DNA of 64,000 nucleotides from Camelus dromedarius (lineage: Eukaryota). Positions 56,516 to 64,000 of the stretch are shown here, piece by piece. The notes under the pieces are model-generated. The model was not told the DNA's origin and did not search any database. It saw only the letters and a program-made list of their open reading frames with translations. The translations under genes and the position numbers were made by a program. The DNA lies in contig NC_087436.1 in NCBI RefSeq assembly GCF_036321535.1, forward strand, positions 45,696,001 through 45,760,000, given 5' to 3'. Numbering within the stretch: the first letter of the stretch is position 1; each line of letters starts with the position of its first letter.

Positions 56516-59500
56516 ATTATATGAGTTTTTTCACTGAGTCCAAAGCCTAATATTTTGCCCACAATACCAGAGGTAAAATTAAAAATAAGATACAAAATCA
56601 TGTTTTTTCCTCAAACATCAGCTATCTTTACTTGCCATCAGTCAGGAGCCACCATCAGGAAAAAGATGAGAAAGAAAAGCTTCCATCACGTCCTTATGAA
56701 AAGTAGACATGACTCCATTTTATGGAAGGTAAATTTGGGGTTAGAGAAGTTAAGGACCTTGCCCAAAATCTCAGAGCTATTAAGTGAAGATCTCCTTCAG
56801 ACAAAAACTCCATGTCTGTCTGTCTCTAGAGCGTGAGCCTAAACCACTACTCTCTAGGGCTTCTTTTATGTTACTAATAATGCTAAGATGAGTGCCCATC
56901 CCTCAAGCTGGTCCTGAGACCAGGACACCGACAGGAGCATAAGGGTTATCACAGCCATTCTTCTCTTCTCTTTTGCCAACTTCTTTGGTGTCTATGTTTA
57001 AAATTCCACTTGGTGAGATCTCTTTGGCTGCTGGTGAATGCCATAATTTGTGTTGGAAAATGAAGTAGCCTTTTTCAGTGATCCATAAAGGTATGCCTGG
57101 AGATAATATGAAAGAGAGGCAGTCATTAAATTAAGTAACTAGATGTTCTGATCTTCAAGGAAGTTAAAATCAGTGCTCAAGACAGAGAAGTCAAATGTGA
57201 GTGTAGGAAAACAACCTCAAGAATGAATGCAAGTGAGTATCTTGTTTGTGCAATAAGCAATAAATGGTGTTATTCCAAATTTTACACAAAGACTTTAAGT
57301 ATATTGGAGAAAAAAAAGAGGAAGGAATTTAGCTGTTTTTGCTGAGACCAAGACATTCCTGGGGCAATTAAAACACTGAATCTCAGATCCTGTGATAGCT
57401 CACTTGAATTAAGTTTGTGTCAAGGGAAGGATCCGTTCTCATAGGTCACCTGTGGCTCCAATTTCCCTGGGTGCATTCACGTGTTCACTTTAGCCCTTTC
57501 ATGAAATGTGCCTGCTAAACCAAGAATAACAGAATTATGTAACTCTGGCATTGTGCAGATGAAACCTCTGAAGTGCAACGTTTTTAAACTATACATCAGA
57601 ATCTGCCTTTTTTTTTTTTAATTAAATGGAACATTACATTGTTTCCACAGAGTAAAGGAGAGAGCTGTAATCTTCATAATTCCCTCAGAGGAGATTACCA
57701 GGTGTATATACAAGTAGAATCACAGCCTCAGACTTCCCATGTGTGCTGGGGCAAGAATAGCTGAAATTATCATACCTGGGTCTGAGGCCACAGCTTGTCC
57801 AAAATGTAACTTCCAGAAGAAAGAATCTATTTATAATTATGACCAAAATGAACAGGACTGAGGTTTTTGACTGCCTGGCCTATTCACAATATGACAGACT
57901 TTGGCAGATTCCTGGATTATATTCTTATTCTATATGTTGAGAAATGATACGTTTTGTTTCCCCCCAGTTGGTAAACGGTTAGTTTAATATTACACATACG
58001 TTCATCTCATATCAAAATAAGTCTGACCTTTGAAGCCAGCATGCATTTGGTGCAACCCTTTTAGCAAGCAATTTGGCAACACATTTCAGAGCCATAAAAA
58101 TATTCATAGGCGTTGACCATGTAATCTCACTCCTGGCAATTTCTCCCTAAAGGAATAATCTCTCCACTAAAAAAAGAAGTTATAATCATACAAATAGGTA
58201 TTGTAATGTTATTCATGGTAGCAAAAATTAGAAATAGCTTTCATTTACAACAAAAATAGTTAAATTATTATGAGAATATGATAGTCATTAAAAAGGAAAT
58301 GTTTACCACAATATTAACAGAAAAACACACTATCTCTTATCTATCCTACAATTACAGTATTTATTATTTCATATAACAGATAAGAAACACAGAAAAATTG
58401 AAAATAGCTTATTTGACCAGCAGTGAGAGTATGGGTTTCCCCCCTTTTTAATTTAAGATTGTGTTGTTTAAAGTTGTAATTTTAAAGGTGACTTAGTAAA
58501 TTCACTGACCTTCAGATAAAGAGCATTAAGTTCACTTCTCTTATAACCTAAAAACCCCTCAGGTCTGCTGCCTCTGATCATGCTTACCTTCTGACTACCT
58601 TATTTATTAAAAGGAAGATCACACTGGGAGTGTAATTCCCTTAGGATGTTTCCTTGCCTCCAGCAAAGCCACACTTAAACTATTCAAAATTCTATCTGGA
58701 ATTCAAGACCTCCTAGGTAAGGATCCTCTATTGAGTCTCACTAGATTGTGTCATGAACGTTTGGGAGTCCAAAACATACATTCTGCTTAAAAATTGAGAT
58801 GTAAATTAAGATAAAATAATTCTCAAAAAAAGCTTGGTTTAAAATTTCAAATCTCTGTATTGCCCATTGTTATCAAATTAATTTTAATCCATCATATTAC
58901 ATATTTCCAGCTTCGGAAGAGAAACACAAAGCCTCAACACTACGGATTTTCCCTGACAATTACTAATAAAGTAGATGTTTACTTGACATAATTATTGAAG
59001 CTAGGCATGTGTGGGTAGAAACATGAGCTTAATTAGTACTGTTTTATATGATAATTTCATATTTCTACCTTACTAAACTAGGAAGTTTCCCTTCAGTCTA
59101 TTTTTTTTTTTTTTGATGTATATGTAGGGATTTACTAAAGCATTTCCTTCAAAATTCCTTTTAAGGGTTGGCCCACCATTGTGTCTCTTCAAGATGAGAT
59201 TTTCCATTACTTCTTATCAAGCTTGTCTGTTTAATAGTATTAAATGTTTCTCTTTTCTTCAAATGAGGGTTAAAGTAATAATGTAATGTGATTATGAATT
59301 TTTAAAACAAGTTTCCATGGGGAGTGTTTCATGTGTAGCAAGTATTAGATATGTAATAGTCTTGATCCACATCTGAGTCTTCAAGAACACTTGGTCTCAT
59401 GACTCACCATTCTTTGAGAAAAAAGCAAATGCTTAGAAAAGGAAGCATAGCCCCCAGGAGGGTAGTCAAATATGGATTATATTGGCCTAGGGATTAAAAG

Positions 59501-60134
59501 ACAAATGCAGGGCTTTGGGCTGCAAATTGAAGATTTTTTCATTTATGGGGGAAAGCATATTTTTTTATTTCCATATTTACTGAGAAAAGTACAAAAAACA
59601 TAGAATCAAATAAAAAATTGGAAATCATTTTTAATGTATCAATGATAATTCATATATGAAAGTTTACAGGATTGTCTGGATTTAAAAAGTATTTATAATA
59701 GGCTTGGAATTTATCTGAAGGAATTGGTGGTGTTTGACCCTTTCTTGCAGCACTACAGGAATCAGTTTCTACTTCCTAACTCAAAGAACTCCTTTACTCT
59801 GAGGAAAATGTCAACTACGTTAATTAACTCATGATCACATAACCAAGAAAGCTTGAGCTGGGAATAGTACCTGGATATTATAAATTTCCCATTTCCTTTT
59901 ATGACTCTAAAGTTATTACTGCTTGGTGACTGGCTTGTTTTTATTCAAAGTTATCTCAGAGGGAGCTACTCCAAGTCTCTTACCAGATTCCTAAGTCCTA
60001 TGACCAGCCATACATCTTGTCAATACAGAGATAGTGCCTGGCATAGAGCAGACACTCAGTATATCTTTGTCAAGTAAAGAAATGAATGACTAGTAGGTTA
60101 AAAGTAAAAGGAATAGGAAACATCTTGTAGTGCC

Positions 60135-60161
60135 TGTGTGTGTGTGTGTGTGTGTGTGTGT
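60135..60161. repeat. (TG)13 microsatellite
   Basis: Perfect TG run. Confidence 0.95.
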
Positions 60162-63100
60162 ACACATAAGTATAAAGACTATCAAAAATCTACCCACAGG
60201 CAAATAGTTTCCAAAAACTCAATAATGGCAAAATCCTCCACGTGCCTGATAGTTTTGTCTTACCCTCATGGAAGTCTTTCCTAACATACAGCATCAATCC
60301 AAGGTAAAAACCTGCCTGATTCATTTGGAAAATTCTGAGGAATCCCTAAGAGGAATGGAGATGTATCACTTCTACCCTAGAAGGAAATGAGGCCAATGTA
60401 CCCATGTGAGAAGCCCTGTGACCCCACACAACCTCCCAGCTGCCCAGGGAGAAAAGCCAACGTGTGGATGTCAACCTCGAATGCCAAGATGAGAGAGAGA
60501 ATCTGGCGTGTGGCATCTGAGTCCCATAGCCAGAGACACACCCTGTTTTCTATCACAGCTGTCCGTGCTGTTCTTGGATGGGGACAAGGAGTAGGCTGAC
60601 AGAGAGCAAAGTTGGAGGGCACAGGAGTGACTTTGGTGCCTGGGCTCACTTCAAATTTGAACAAATTGATTTTTGCTAGAATTAGTCCACTTTAAACTGG
60701 AACTTCATTTGATGGCTCTGTTCCTATTTTTTCCAGCAGGCCACACTGCTTGGAGCCATTCACACTGATTGACCCTGTACTTGACATTCACCTGGAAGTT
60801 ACTGATAAAAACAATAAACAAATCAAGAGTTAGAGAACACTGCGGTCACCAAAACCCAATAATAGGCCTTTTACTTAGTTTGCTGTAAACATGCTATTTA
60901 TTCTGAAGTGAATAAAGGAAAATATTCAACACCTAGCAATCTATTTCATGCTTTTTTAATGTTACTAACACCAAGTTAATCACATTCCGAAGAAGGGTGA
61001 CATTTCTGGGACACAGAAAGAATAGCATTCATGGCTGTTTCCCCAGTGAGATTTACTGCCTGCAGCCAAGAACATCCAGTTGACTGCTTGAAAGAATGTA
61101 TCTCACCTGAATCCCCTTGCATTGCATAAATTTGTTTTACACTGATTATGTTGAGCCAAATTCTATTGGACATTTAGTCAGCAACTCTTAACCAAATTCT
61201 GTTCTCTTAGTTTAATAGCTGGCTTCAGATAATTCACCGGCACGAGAGGAAGGAAACCTGGAGACCAAAAGTGGCTCTGACCTTGAACAAAACATTTACC
61301 TTTCTTTCTGGGTGTTAGTTTCCTTTTCTGTAAATTAAGAGGGTTGTACCAGATGACTTCTATGGTGTCTTTAGCTCAAAGATAGTATATGCTATGATTG
61401 TCAGTGTAAGGGACTTCCAGTTACAGTTCATCGTTCATCCACTGAAAGGAAGAGAGGACAGCATTTCATAAGGAATCATGGAGAGCCAACCTCAACATTC
61501 TCTGTTACCAAAATAAGGAAAATGATGCTCACAGAACAAAGGTGCCCCAGCTAGATAGTGGCAGAACAGGCTGAGACCCAAAACTCTGAGGTATTGTCAG
61601 GTACTTCTACACTGTGCTGCCAAGCACAGTTGTCAGATCTCCTGCTGAAAATGGAAGTGTGACATTAGCTAAGGAGTGGAGGAGTCAAATGTCCTCCGTT
61701 CTCTCTGCTCTCATTGCTCTTTGCTAATATGTCTCCTAGCATTGACCACATTGCATTGTAATTACCTGGGTGCTTCTTTGAACAACAGACACACACATAC
61801 TCCCCCGACAGGCACTTATGCACACTTTAGATTGCGAATTCTTTGCAGACTTTGTCCACTGCAAAGAGTTTTACACGTGGTAGGCACCCCATAAACGTTT
61901 GCTGGATATCACTGAGTGAAACGCTTCTATGAGAATGTATGCGAGGCTGGGGGTACCAATATTTACCTCTCCTCTGCTCCTTGTTCTATTCCCCTTCCAG
62001 ATTTTGCTCCAAAAGCCCATAAACACAAACCACTGACACCTACATGGAGATCATGGTGACAGTCTTATTATTGGAGGTGCAGTAAATCTCAGCATACAAG
62101 ATGCCCACGTGAAGGTTGATTAACAAACAATGACTGGATTCAAGACAAAAAGAGGCTTCATGCTTCCTTCTATACTTGGGAGACACCCAAACAAAGAACT
62201 AGATCCACAAAGAGATTGAGTTTGCGGGAGACCACAAGCTGCCTCGGTAGTCATCCACACAGCCACAGAACAGACAAGTAAACCTGTCCTCTGTCCCAGC
62301 CGGGGTGTGCACATCACACGAGACCAGATGCCACAGAAAACATCTGGTCCCAACCAATTCACGAGGTGGGCAGTGGGGGAGGGCGGGTCTCCGGTTTGTG
62401 AGGACGCTACCTGGGACCAGGGCCAATTGATGCCTGACTTTCACCAGTCACATTAGTAGCTCCTCTTTCTTTGAAGAAAAGGCTTGAAGAAGGGGAGAGG
62501 AAAAAATAGAAAAAAACAAACACAAACAAACACCAAAAGGGTTCACCATAATACCTCCTTGCATTAAAATATCAAGATGGGAAAATAGACTCCCCCTCTT
62601 GAGAAGGATACAATGATTTAAATTGTGAAGAATTTAAATCAAATAAAATGTTTAAAATAAAATCCTTTTAACAGATTGCTACTGTTGTATTGGCTTTACA
62701 ACTTGAAAGTTATTAAGAATATTTAGCTAATTTATATGAGCCCATTATTAATTTTTACTTTAGTATACATTAATTTTCCTTTATAGAAGTAATACAAAAT
62801 TATGCCAGAAAATTTGGGAAATTGAAAAAACAAAACAAAACAGCAAGAGGGAAAAAATTATTGCCCAAAGTCCCTACCATCTGAAGGCAACAACTTATAA
62901 TGAATGCATTCTTCCTACTTTTTTTATAGGGCTGTGGTCATATAAATGGTAAATTTTAACTTAAAAAATAACACGTGTGTTTTCTGATGATAAAAGTAAT
63001 GTGTATTCATTGTAAAAAAAATTCTTGACAAATACGGAAAATAAAAATCACTCTAAAATCCACAATTAGTACACTATTACTTTATAGAAAGGAAAATGAA

Positions 63101-63547
63101 AAATGGCCACACCTGTGCTAAAGTTTTGCTTTACAAAGCTCTTAAAAAAGTCTCTGATTTTGAGTCTGCAAAGAAATCATAGTAGAAAGTTAAACTTCTA
63201 ACATAAGCTTCTATAGTTATACCTCTAAGATAAATTTACAACTTCTAAGGTAAATTCCCTCCCTTGTGGGAAATTATTCTGAAAACTTTTTAGCACATCA
63301 CTTTCTCAAATTTCTTAAACCCATTGTTTACACAATAGACCTAGAAGGAAGTGAAGATTATATTCAACCCAATGCCAAGTCCTAGTGGCTTCTCTGGGCT
63401 GTAATCTGAATTGATTATATAATCTAAACTGATTATAGCCCAGAGATGGGAAGGCTTTAAAACCAAAATTTAGAGACAACTTTATTTGAATCATGGCTAA
63501 GCTTTTAGCAAATCATATCAGTGAGGCATCATTAAAAGGCTGTAAGA

Positions 63548-63707
63548 CAGTGGTCTCATCCTCAGCTGTGCATTATGTAATCACCTGGGGAGCTTTTAAA
63601 ATCCCAGACAGGTAGGCCCAGACCAGTGAAATCAAAATCTCTGGGGGCTGGCATCAGCATATTTAAAAGCAGGTGATTCCAATGTACACTCAAGGTTGAG
63701 AATTCTG
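63548..63707. mobile_element. MER5A1-like hAT-Charlie element
   Basis: CAGTGGTCTC...AATCACCTGGGGAGCTTTTAAAA...CAGGTGATTCCAATGT...GGTTGAGAATTCTG. Confidence 0.75.
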
Positions 63708-64000
63708 CTCTAGGGAAAAATCATCGCACTCCCACCCCCAATAATACTCAGAATGTATAGAATGTCTTTCACCTAAATGGCCAACACATCTGTCATACAC
63801 TTGTCCCATGGTGTAGATTTGCAATAACCAGAGACAAAGTACATTTTTTGTCTTCCAATTGTATAATTTTTTCCAATTCTTAGTATAAATGTATTATATT
63901 TCAAACATATATAGTCTTATCCTTTTATTGTAAAGTTCCAAGAAATATTTTTAAATTCTCAAAAAATAATTATTATTCTAATAATTAATAATAAATAATT

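Noticed and set aside
56500..64000. Exons of an upstream neighbouring gene
   Set aside because: No convincing coding exon or known protein similarity was recognised; the region looks intergenic with old repeats.

Overview
Mammalian genomic DNA, most likely camelid, judged from multiple copies of a tRNA-derived Vic-1-type SINE and cetartiodactyl-type L1 3' tails. It carries the 5' half of the EGF gene (pro-epidermal growth factor) on the minus strand. The inferred promoter/TSS is near 49627, and coding exons 1-12 run from 49174 down to 724 (1829 coding nt, all GT-AG, reading frame continuous); the gene continues beyond the left edge. About 14 kb of upstream intergenic DNA lies to the right. 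The introns hold many interspersed repeats. The most unusual structure is in intron 7: an RPL30 processed pseudogene inserted into an old L1 and itself interrupted by a SINE and by a CpG-rich solo LTR. That LTR carries YY1, BANP (TCTCGCGAGA), palindrome and TATA motifs and points antisense to EGF. Other points of interest are two same-family solo LTRs bracketing exon 5, loss of Cys41 and the N38 sequon in exon 1, three uORFs in the 5' UTR, and a SINE with an apparent 3' transduction. No prokaryotic-type system, CRISPR array or genuine RNA gene was found. Comparisons with human, pig or mouse sequence and repeat family names are from memory and need database confirmation.
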